Shown: positions 56,323-64,000 of the stretch, one piece after another | How positions within the stretch are numbered: the first letter of the stretch is position 1 | Layout: each line of letters opens with the position of its first letter | Source of the DNA: Candidatus Xenobia bacterium | GTDB lineage: Bacteria > Vulcanimicrobiota > Xenobia > Xenobiales > QWHO01 | NCBI GenBank assembly: GCA_045863235.1 | Contig: BTUM01000023.1 | Location: 26,428-90,427 of the forward strand | Direction: 5' to 3' | DNA length: 64,000 nt | Translations under genes and position numbers: made by a program | The notes under the pieces: generated by a model | What the model saw: only the letters and a program-made list of their open reading frames with translations | Told to the model about the DNA's origin: nothing | Databases searched by the model: none

Positions 56323-57645
56323 ATGAAGAGCAACCTGCGGGCTATCCCCAGCATCGACAGCCTGCTCCAGGCCGCCGCGGCAAGACCCGAGCTGGCCGCC
56401 CGGCCACGGACCCTGGTGACCGACGCCCTGCGCCTGGCGGCGGCGGAGCTGCGAGCCCGGGGCGGAGCCTCGGATCCGGCCGAGGTCATCTTGCGACAGG
56501 CCGAGGCCCTGCTGCACGACTGGCTGGGCAAGACCCTGCAGCGCGTCATCAACGCCACCGGCGTGGTGCTCCATACCAATCTGGGCCGCGCTCCGCTGGC
56601 CGCTCGGGCGCTGGAAGCGGTAACGCGGGTGGCGCAAGGCTACTCCAACCTCGAGCTCGATCTGGAAACCGGCCAGCGAGGCAGCCGCTACAGCCACCTG
56701 GTGGGCCTGCTCGCTCGCCTGACCGGCGCCGAGTCGGCCCTGGTGGTGAACAACAACGCCGCCGCCATGCTGCTGCTGGTGGACGAGCTGGCCCGCGGCC
56801 GCGAGGTCGTTTGCTCGCGGGGCGAGCTGGTCGAGATCGGCGGCGCCTTCCGCGTGCCCGACGTGCTGGCCCGGGGAGGGGCTCGCCTGATCGAGGTGGG
56901 CACCACCAACAAGACCTATCTGCGCGACTTCGAGAACGCCATCACGGCCGACACCGGGATGCTCTTGTCCACCCACATGTCCAACTTCGTCATGCTGGGC
57001 TTCACCCACGCCCCCGACCCGGCCGAGCTGGCCGCCCTGGCTCGCGCACGGGGGGTGCCCGGCGTGCTCGATCTGGGCTCAGGGCTGCTCGACGAAGAGC
57101 TTTCTGTCGTGCTGGGCGAGCCCTCGGTAGGCTCGATGGTGCGGGCCGGCTTCGACCTGGTCGCCTTCTCGGGCGACAAGCTGCTGGGAGGCCCGCAGTG
57201 CGGCGTCATCGTCGGCGCGCGCGAGCTGGTCGCCCGCCTGGCCAGGAATCCCCTGACCCGCGCCCTGCGGGTCGACAAGCTCACGGTGGCCGCCCTGGAG
57301 GCTACGCTGCGCCTGTACCTGGAGGCTCCCGAGGAGATCCCCGTGCTGCGCATGCTGCGGGCCACCGACCTCGAGGAGCGAGCCCGCCGCCTGGCTGCCC
57401 GGCTCGAGCAGGCGACCGTGGATTCGGGCTCCTCGATGGTGGGCGGAGGCAGCCTGCCCGGCAAGGACCTGCCCACGCACCTGGTGCGCCTGCGGGGGGA
57501 CGAAGAGGCCTGGGCGGCCCGTCTGCGCCGTCATGATCGGCCTGTCATGGTGCGCCGGGCGGAGGATTCTCTCTGGGTGGATCCCCGCACGGTCTTCGCC
57601 GAGGAAGAGGACGAGCTGGTGGAGGCCTTGCAGGCAACCCGTTGA
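56323..57645 (+). CDS. selA: L-seryl-tRNA(Sec) selenium transferase
   Basis: VINATGVVLHTNLGRAPL, VNNNAAA, SRGELVEIGG, PLP site FSGDKLLGGPQ. Confidence 0.97.
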   Translation: MKSNLRAIPSIDSLLQAAAARPELAARPRTLVTDALRLAAAELRARGGASDPAEVILRQAEALLHDWLGKTLQRVINATGVVLHTNLGRAPLAARALEAVTRVAQGYSNLELDLETGQRGSRYSHLVGLLARLTGAESALVVNNNAAAMLLLVDELARGREVVCSRGELVEIGGAFRVPDVLARGGARLIEVGTTNKTYLRDFENAITADTGMLLSTHMSNFVMLGFTHAPDPAELAALARARGVPGVLDLGSGLLDEELSVVLGEPSVGSMVRAGFDLVAFSGDKLLGGPQCGVIVGARELVARLARNPLTRALRVDKLTVAALEATLRLYLEAPEEIPVLRMLRATDLEERARRLAARLEQATVDSGSSMVGGGSLPGKDLPTHLVRLRGDEEAWAARLRRHDRPVMVRRAEDSLWVDPRTVFAEEEDELVEALQATR

Positions 57646-57665
57646 GGCTTGTTGCCCGTCCAGGG

Positions 57666-58964
57666 TCAGTGCTCAACGGGTGGCAAAGGCAGCTCGGGGA
57701 ACGACACGGGGTTGATCCTCAGGGCTTCCTGGCGGCACCGGGCGACCTCCTCGGCCCGTTTCAGCGCTTCGGCCAGGGCGGCCCGCTCGCGCCAGGCAGG
57801 GGCGTCCCGATAGCCCTGGGCAAAGGCCTCCTCCATCAGAGCCCATCCGTCCTCTGGCCGGCCTGCCAGGCGCAGAGCCCGGGCAGCCGTCATCAAGGTC
57901 TCGAAGTCGCGCCGCAAGGCTAGCTCTGCCTGCATCAGCTCCACCGCCTCCCTGGCTTCCCCTCGATCGAGCAGCAACCCGGCCAGGGCCCGCCGGTGGC
58001 CCATCGTCTGCTGGCCCTCCAACTCGCGCCGGTAGGCGTCCTCTACCCTCTGGCGGGCTTCGGCTGCCTCCCGCTCGAGCTTGAGGCCCTCGAGGGCCAT
58101 GGCCACCCCCTGCAGCGCGCCGGGATCGCGCCCTAACGCGTAGCTCTCGGTGAAGTGCTCGTGGGCGGCCGTCAATCGGCCCCGAGCCAGGTCCACCCGT
58201 CCCAGCTCGGCCAGCGCCGCCGGGTCGCGCCCGATGGTGAGGGCTGACCCGAGCACCACCTCGGCCAGCCGCAGCTTGCCGTGGCGCGCGTACAGACGAG
58301 CCAGCAGCACCCGGGCCTGCAGCGAGGAGGCCACCTCGCCTGCCTGCTCGCGGTCGATCCCTTTCCACAGCTCGCGAGCAGCCTCCTCATCCAGGCCCCG
58401 GGCAACCAGGGTCTGAGCCCGCAGCACCGAGCTGGTCAGGCCCGGCTGCTGGAGGGCCAGCTGGTCGGCCAGCTCGGAGGCCGGTTTCACCTGCCCCAGG
58501 GCCAGCAGGGCCGTCACCTTGAGCGCTCGCGCCGCGTGCTGGGTGGGATCCTCCTGGAGGATGCGCGAGATTCTCTCCAGAGCGCCCCTGAAATCGTGCC
58601 GGGCCACCTCCAGGTGAGCCAGCACCAGCTCGGCGCCGGGGTTGAAGTGGGCCATGCTCTTGAGCGACAGGCGGGCGCTCTCCTCGGCCAGGAGAACCAT
58701 CGCCGGATCGCGCGTCTCGCGCGCCCGGGCAAGGTAGGCCTGGGCCAGCGCGGCCCGGTCGAGGAAGCCTTCCGGGTTCTGCTCCACCCGGGCCTTGAGC
58801 TGCTCGATCTCATGGCGTGTGCCGGGAGAGAGCAGGGGCAGCCGGTAGGGGGCGACCTTGATTTCGCGCGGGGAGGCCTGCTCGAGCCGTCGGCCCAGGC
58901 TCAGGCCGCCCGCCAGAACCAGGGCGGCCAGGAGCAGCACGGCCATCCACCGGCGAGGGCTCAT
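57666..58964 (-). CDS. Membrane-anchored tetratricopeptide repeat protein
   Basis: N-terminal hydrophobic helix followed by TPR units (LAQAYLARARETRD...AEESARLSL). Confidence 0.82.
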   Translation of the reverse strand: MSPRRWMAVLLLAALVLAGGLSLGRRLEQASPREIKVAPYRLPLLSPGTRHEIEQLKARVEQNPEGFLDRAALAQAYLARARETRDPAMVLLAEESARLSLKSMAHFNPGAELVLAHLEVARHDFRGALERISRILQEDPTQHAARALKVTALLALGQVKPASELADQLALQQPGLTSSVLRAQTLVARGLDEEAARELWKGIDREQAGEVASSLQARVLLARLYARHGKLRLAEVVLGSALTIGRDPAALAELGRVDLARGRLTAAHEHFTESYALGRDPGALQGVAMALEGLKLEREAAEARQRVEDAYRRELEGQQTMGHRRALAGLLLDRGEAREAVELMQAELALRRDFETLMTAARALRLAGRPEDGWALMEEAFAQGYRDAPAWRERAALAEALKRAEEVARCRQEALRINPVSFPELPLPPVEH

Positions 58965-59034
58965 GGGCGGGGCGGTTCTCGTCGCCAGGCTGCATTCCTG
59001 GAGGAAGGCCGGAGAGGGGGATGAACTGGCGCCT

Positions 59035-60948
59035 GTGAAGCATTTCATCGTCGGGACTGCCGGCCACGTCGATCACGGCAAGAGCACGCTGATCCGTGCC
59101 CTCACCGGCATCGAGACCGACCGGCTGCCCGAGGAGCAGGCCCGCGGGCTCTCCATCGACCTGGGTTTTGCTCACCTCGAGCTGCCCGGCGAGATCGTGG
59201 CCGGCATCGTGGACGTGCCCGGTCACGAGCGCTTCCTCAAGAACATGCTGGCCGGCGTGGGCGGCTACGACCTGGGGATGCTGGTGGTGGACGCCCAGGA
59301 GGGAGTGATGCCCCAGACGCGCGAGCACCTGGAGATCCTCGAGTTGCTCAAGACCCGGGCCGGGCTGGTGGTGCTCACCAAGATCGACGCCGTGGACGCC
59401 GATTTCGCCGAGCTGGTGGAGGACGACCTGCGCGCTTACCTGGCCGGCACCTTTCTCAAAGAGGCCCCCCTGGTGCGGGTCTCGGCCCGCAGCGGAGAGG
59501 GTCTGGACGAGCTCAAGCGAGTGCTGGCCGAGCTTCTGGGCCAGCTGACTCCCCGCAACCGCAAGGCGCCTTTTCGGCTGCCCATCGACCGGGTCTTCGT
59601 AAAGTCAGGCTTTGGCTCGGTGGTGACCGGCTCGCTCTGGAGCGGCACCCTGCGCAAGGGCGACCCGGTGGTGGTCTTGCCAGCCGGCATCGAGACGAAG
59701 GTGCGCGGCCTGCAGGTGCACTCGCACCAGGTGGAGGAAGCCCAGGCCGGCCAGCGGGTGGCCGTCAACCTGACCGGGGTCGAGGCGGCCTCGCTCGAGC
59801 GCGGCCAGTGGCTCGCTCCCCCCGGCTTGCTCACACCCACGCAAAGACTGGACGCTCGCCTGGAGCTGCTCGAGCGCCTGCCCCGTCCGGTCAAGCATCG
59901 CAGCCGCATCCGGTTTTACGCGGGCACCCTGGAGACCCTGGGCACGCTGCTTGTGCTGGAGGGCGAGGCCCTCAAGCCCGGTCAGCAGACCCTGGTGCAG
60001 CTTCTGCTGGACGATCCGGTGGTTTTGCAGCAGGGGGATCGTTTCGTGCTGCGCGATCACACGGCCCAGCTCACCCTGGGTGGTGGCGAGGTGCTTGATA
60101 CGGCCCCCGCGCGCCATAAGCGGGGCGACACCGAGGCCCTCGAGTCGTTGCGCCGCCGCGAGCAGGGCGGCCCCGAGGAAGCGTTGCTGGAGGTGCTGCG
60201 CAAGGCCAGCGGAGGCACCCGCACGGTGGGAGCCCTGGCCCAGGAGATGCAGACCCCCGCCGCCCAGGTGGAGAGCTGGGTAGGCCAGCTGGCCGCTGCG
60301 GGCGAGGTGGTGGTGCTGGGCAAGAGCGTGGCCCTGGCCAGCCTGGCCTCGGCCCTGGAGGACCGGCTGCTGGGCGTGCTGGCGAAGCTGGAGCAGGGGG
60401 CTCCCTGGAAGGTCGGTTGGCGCAAGGAGGAGATCCTGCGCCTGCTGGCCTCGGACACTCCCAAACTGGCCGAGGAAGTCCTGGCCGAGTTGGGGCGTAC
60501 GGGTCAGATTCAAGACAAGAACGGCCTGCTCTCGAGCCTGAGCCATCAGCCCACCCTGGCTCCCTCGCAGCAAAAGGCCCTGGACCGCCTGGAGGCAGCC
60601 CTGCGGGCGGGGGGGTTCTCGCCCCCCGACTTCGATGCCGCCCTGGCTCAGGCCGAGATCGACGCCCGCTCGGCCCCCGTCGTGGAGGGCTACCTGCTCG
60701 AGAGCGGGCGGGGCGTGAAGGTGGCTCCCAACCTGGTGTTCCTGGAGGAGACTCTGACCAGGGCCCGGGACCTTCTGGCTGCGGCTATCCGCGAGAGCGG
60801 GCCGCTAGGAGCCTCCGAGGCGCGCGAGTTGCTCGGCACGACGCGCAAATTCCTGATCCCCATGTTGGAGCACTTCGACCGCATCCACTTCACCCAGCGC
60901 GACGGGGACAAGCGCATTCTCTACGGGCAGAAGGTGAAGATCTCCTGA
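59035..60948 (+). CDS. selB: Selenocysteine-specific elongation factor
   Basis: [24 protein letters not shown]-terminal winged helix ([13 protein letters not shown]); GTG start. Confidence 0.97.
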   Translation: MKHFIVGTAGHVDHGKSTLIRALTGIETDRLPEEQARGLSIDLGFAHLELPGEIVAGIVDVPGHERFLKNMLAGVGGYDLGMLVVDAQEGVMPQTREHLEILELLKTRAGLVVLTKIDAVDADFAELVEDDLRAYLAGTFLKEAPLVRVSARSGEGLDELKRVLAELLGQLTPRNRKAPFRLPIDRVFVKSGFGSVVTGSLWSGTLRKGDPVVVLPAGIETKVRGLQVHSHQVEEAQAGQRVAVNLTGVEAASLERGQWLAPPGLLTPTQRLDARLELLERLPRPVKHRSRIRFYAGTLETLGTLLVLEGEALKPGQQTLVQLLLDDPVVLQQGDRFVLRDHTAQLTLGGGEVLDTAPARHKRGDTEALESLRRREQGGPEEALLEVLRKASGGTRTVGALAQEMQTPAAQVESWVGQLAAAGEVVVLGKSVALASLASALEDRLLGVLAKLEQGAPWKVGWRKEEILRLLASDTPKLAEEVLAELGRTGQIQDKNGLLSSLSHQPTLAPSQQKALDRLEAALRAGGFSPPDFDAALAQAEIDARSAPVVEGYLLESGRGVKVAPNLVFLEETLTRARDLLAAAIRESGPLGASEARELLGTTRKFLIPMLEHFDRIHFTQRDGDKRILYGQKVKIS

Positions 60949-60949
60949 C

Positions 60950-61420
60950 TCACTCCACTTTCTCGAGCGACCGGCGAGCCAGCAAGTAGCCGGTCGCGCC
61001 CCCCAGCACCGCACCCGAGGCAAAGCCCAGTGCCGTGCCCGCCGCTTCACCCAGGAAGGCCCCTCCCACTGCCCCGACCAGGGTGCCGGCCACCAGGCCG
61101 ACAGCTCCGCCCACCAGCGTCATGCCGATGGTGCCCCGTCCGTCCGGCTCGCGAGCAGACAACCTCAGACCGACCAGGGCTCCCAGCGCTCCTCCCACGG
61201 CGGCTCCCGTCACCGCTCCGTTGACCAGGCCGCCCAGTACCTGGGCCGAGCCCGAAAGACCCGAGCTGGCCCAGCCTACCAGGCCGCAGCCCACCGCCCC
61301 ACCCACAGCCAGAGAGCCGATCAGCAGGCTGCGCTCCTCAAGGGCGGGTTCTTCTTCTTGTTGCCGTTCCCGGGGCCGGAAGGGTCTCGCGGAAGGGGCA
61401 AGGGTTGTCTGGATCCTCAT
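60950..61420 (-). CDS. Glycine-zipper membrane protein
   Basis: Repeated GxxxG hydrophobic helices after a polar N-terminal leader. Confidence 0.7.
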   Translation of the reverse strand: MRIQTTLAPSARPFRPRERQQEEEPALEERSLLIGSLAVGGAVGCGLVGWASSGLSGSAQVLGGLVNGAVTGAAVGGALGALVGLRLSAREPDGRGTIGMTLVGGAVGLVAGTLVGAVGGAFLGEAAGTALGFASGAVLGGATGYLLARRSLEKVE

Positions 61421-61834
61421 CTCTGCTGGGAATTCTACCTCTGGCCGGAGGAGCAACATGTTACCGATGTGTGTACTCCGTGCCTGAGTCCCCGACGCGA
61501 CGAAGGTTGAACGTCCCATGCTGACCGGGAAGAAGATCTCATAGAAGGAGACGATGAAGATCGGTTAGAATATCTTCGGGTTGATCACTCCAGGGTGGTC
61601 AGCCAGGGGAAAACCGGCTGTTTCCGGTTTTTCGTGTTGAGTTGACACGGTTCGGGTCTGGTGCCCAGGTAACCGGCTTGTTAACAGGGTGCCAAGCGGC
61701 TCGAATCGTTGTTTTTTCCCCTCCCGGGAAACCGGGAGAGGTGCTAAGATCGGGTCAAGAGATCACTGTCAGCCCCGGCCGACAGAAATAGATTGACCCC
61801 GGTCCGGGGGGAGATTCCACGGAGGTGACGAGAC

Positions 61835-61930
61835 ATGGCAACTGCAACCACTGAGCGCGACCTGACGAAGGCTCGCGAGGCCATTCTTCGTCTGATTGCC
61901 GAAAAGAAGAAAGCGGCAACAGAGAAGTAA
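61835..61930 (+). CDS. Candidate 31-aa small protein
   Basis: GGAGGTGA RBS; MATATTERDLTKAREAILRLIAEKKKAATEK; followed by its own terminator. Confidence 0.6.
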   Translation: MATATTERDLTKAREAILRLIAEKKKAATEK

Positions 61931-61954
61931 TGAATCAGGAGCCTGGAAGTAGTA

Positions 61955-61994
61955 GAGAACCCCTCGGGAAGCCGACCGAGGGGTTCTCGCTTTT
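61955..61994 (+). terminator. Intrinsic terminator
   Basis: GAGAACCCCTCGG...CCGAGGGGTTCTC followed by GCTTTT. Confidence 0.75.
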
Positions 61995-62069
61995 AGAGGG
62001 CTCGTAGACCTGACGCGGGATGATGCGCAAGGGTAGAGGGTCCGCCCGGGTCGGGGCGAAACCCGGTCG

Positions 62070-62801
62070 ATGAAGCTGTGCCAGATTCTCGCCATCGAGA
62101 AGCAAGTCAAGACCAAAGTGAACTCGGAAGGCAGCAAACTGCTCAATCTGTCCAAGAAGTCCGAGCTCTTTTTCGGTCGTATCCGTGAATATATCCCCGT
62201 GGACGCCGATGGGGAGCACTTCCCTTCTGAGTCTCAGCGCGTGCAGCAGCGCGCACAAGACCACCTCGAGCAGCAATTCGAGCTTTTCCGGGAGCTGTTC
62301 GACACCGTGGCTGCCAAGGATTGGGCCAACTGCTCAGCCAAAGCCGACGTCAAGGTGGGCGGCAGGTTGCTTCTGGCCGACGTTCCGGTGACCTATCTAC
62401 TGTTTCTGGAGAAGCAGTTCGAAGACCTGAAGACGACCATCGCGGCGCTGCCCGTTCTGGGCCAGGACCACAGCTGGACGCTCGATTCGGTGCAGGGTCT
62501 GTTCAAAACCGAAGAGGTGGTGACCAGCAAAACGCGAGTGGTGAAAAAGCCCATCGTGCTGGCCGAGGCCACCAAAGAGCATCCGGCCCAAACGGCTCTC
62601 ATCGACGAGCCTGTCGTGGCCGGCCACTGGAAGACGATCTTTCTCAGCGGGGCTCTGACCCCGGACCGGCGCAAGGAGCTGCTGCGACGGGTGGACGAAG
62701 CTCTGAAAGCGGTCAAACAGGCACGTGAAGAGGCTAATTCTGTGCAAGCATCGGAGGTGAAGGCGGGTTCAGCCCTGCTGGACTGGATTCTCGAACCATA
62801 A
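62070..62801 (+). CDS. Conserved hypothetical protein (recalled as DUF7873-like; unverified)
   Basis: KLCQILAIEK, KDWANCSAKADV, VPVTYLLFLEKQ, ATKEHPAQ, AVKQAREEAN motifs, recalled from a widespread uncharacterised family. Confidence 0.8.
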   Translation: MKLCQILAIEKQVKTKVNSEGSKLLNLSKKSELFFGRIREYIPVDADGEHFPSESQRVQQRAQDHLEQQFELFRELFDTVAAKDWANCSAKADVKVGGRLLLADVPVTYLLFLEKQFEDLKTTIAALPVLGQDHSWTLDSVQGLFKTEEVVTSKTRVVKKPIVLAEATKEHPAQTALIDEPVVAGHWKTIFLSGALTPDRRKELLRRVDEALKAVKQAREEANSVQASEVKAGSALLDWILEP

Positions 62802-62835
62802 TTCAAAGTTTGGAGCAGACTCAGACTTGTCGTCA

Positions 62836-62915
62836 CCGGCTCACCCTGCCAGGCAGGTTCGAATCCTGCCCCCTGCGCCACGGGCAGGGGCCTTGGGATG
62901 AGGAGCAGGGAGCGG
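62836..62915 (+). ncRNA. Circularly permuted tRNA-like module 1 (YrlA-like)
   Basis: T arm GCAGG-TTCGAAT-CCTGC; loop-closed acceptor CCCCTGC-GCCACGG-GCAGGGG; short D-like hairpin; closing CCCTGC/GCAGGG. Confidence 0.65.
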
Positions 62916-62955
62916 ATCAAACACAGACTCAGCTGCATCCAAAGACTCGAGTATG

Positions 62956-63113
62956 GCGGTCGTTCCTGAATCGAGCGCCCGGGTGCCCGATGGGGAGGAT
63001 GCGGGTTCGATTCCCGCCGGGGCTACCACGCAGCCCTGTCGCTTAACGGCAAAGCATCCCTACTAAGATCTGACGTTCGGGCTTAAACGTCGTCAGGAAC
63101 AGTAATTGGCCGC
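62956..63113 (+). ncRNA. Circularly permuted tRNA-like module 2 on a long stem (YrlA-like)
   Basis: T arm GCGGG-TTCGATT-CCCGC; acceptor CGGGGCT-ACCACGC-AGCCCTG; D arm GCTT-AACGGCA-AAGC; outer helices GTTCCTGA/TCAGGAAC and GCGGTCG/TGGCCGC. Confidence 0.72.
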
Positions 63114-63156
63114 AAAGCAATGGCCCCTGTGGCAGGTTTACGCTGCAGGGGCTTCT

Positions 63157-63224
63157 CGGAGCATAGCTCAGCGGAAGAGCCCCGATTCGTCGGGCGGTCG
63201 CAGGTTCGATCCCTGCTGCTCCGT
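63157..63224 (+). ncRNA. tRNA-like RNA lacking an anticodon loop
   Basis: Acceptor CGGAGCA/TGCTCCG; D arm GCTC-AGCGGAA-GAGC; T arm GCAGG-TTCGATC-CCTGC; anticodon arm is CCCGA-TTCG-TCGGG. Confidence 0.75.
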
Positions 63225-63259
63225 CACCGGCCAGGAGAGCAACGGCCAGGAGAGCCTGC

Positions 63260-63950
63260 TTGGAAGAAACGCGACTCAAGGCCCGGCTGGGGGTTTTCGA
63301 CCTGACCTGCCTGGGCCTCAACTGCATCATCGGCACCGGGCTCTTCTTCGCGCCCGGCGAGATCGCCGCGCGACTCGGCCCCTACGCCCCCTGGCTTTTC
63401 TTACTCGGGGGCGCGCTCTGCCTGGCCATCGGCCTCTGCTTCGCCGAGATGGCTGGCATGGTGCCGGGCAGCGGAGGCGCCTACCTCTACGCTCGGGCGG
63501 TCTTCGGTCCGGTGGTGGGCTACCTGGTGGGCTGGGTGATGTGGCTCTCGTGCCTGCTGGGAGGGGCCACGGTGGCCACGGGCTTTGCCGAGACGGTGGC
63601 CAAGCTGGTCAACCCCGAGCAGCCTTCCCCGGTGGTGCGGTTGGCCGCGGCCATGTCCATCGTGGTGCTGCTGGCGGCAGTCAACTACTTCGGGGTCCGC
63701 TCGGGGGCCCTGAGCAACAACCTGCTGGCCGTGTGCAAGCTGGTGCCCCTCTTCATCCTGCTGGCCTGGTCGCTGGGCGGGCTCAACCTGATCGAGGGGA
63801 TGACCCTGGCCACGCCAGCTCCGGTGCAGTGGGTGGCCGGCTTTCTGGGCATCCTGTTCTGCTTCTCGGGCTTTGAGGAGATCCCGGTGCCGGGGGGCGA
63901 GGTCAAGAATCCCCAGCGCACCATCCCGGCCGCCTACATCTGGACTTTAG
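63260..63950 (+). pseudogene. APC-family amino acid permease, apparently interrupted
   Basis: GLNCIIGTGLF, GGAYLYARAVFG, FSGFE..GEVKNPQRTIP; then non-membrane sequence and a TAG at 64000, at about half the usual length. Confidence 0.65.
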
Positions 63951-64000
63951 TGTCCCACCCTGGGTCCGAAAACCCCCCGCCTTTCAGGCGGAGGCTTTAG
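63951..64000. mobile_element. Possible IS200/IS605-family end
   Basis: Subterminal-type hairpin CCCCCGCCT-TTC-AGGCGGAGG (63974-63994) where the permease loses coherence; no transposase visible. Confidence 0.45.

Noticed and set aside
62853..63028. Ordinary tRNA genes or prophage att-site tRNA 3' remnants
   Set aside because: The complementary acceptor strand and D arm lie downstream of each T arm, not upstream, and there is no integrase in the window.

Overview
High-GC bacterial chromosome segment, mostly housekeeping and accessory genes: glmM, clpS, glgP, the ffh-rpsP-khpA-ylqD-rimM-trmD cluster, rng, serA, rlmD, a Clp ATPase, tRNA-Met, nrdJ with tandem NrdR boxes, add, ndh, a DUF4331-like pair and a selenocysteine cluster (selD with an in-frame UGA and SECIS-like hairpin, selA, selB). 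The gene content suggests a Terrabacteria lineage, possibly Eremiobacterota/Vulcanimicrobiota (unverified impression). The most unusual signals are non-coding. (1) A conserved hypothetical gene (62070-62801) is followed by three tRNA mimics: two circularly permuted, YrlA-like T-arm/acceptor/D-arm modules and one cloverleaf with a UUCG tetraloop in place of the anticodon loop. No Ro60 gene is in the window. (2) A ~700-nt minus-strand region (53541-54272) with its own promoter and terminator is built from three diverged structural repeats. (3) A ~103-bp three-hairpin element occurs twice, each time starting at a TAA stop, and its central hairpin is inverted between the copies. The window ends in a permease that appears truncated by an IS200/IS605-like end. 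All calls come from reading the sequence by eye; no searches were run. Several start codons differ from the ORF track where a better start was visible.
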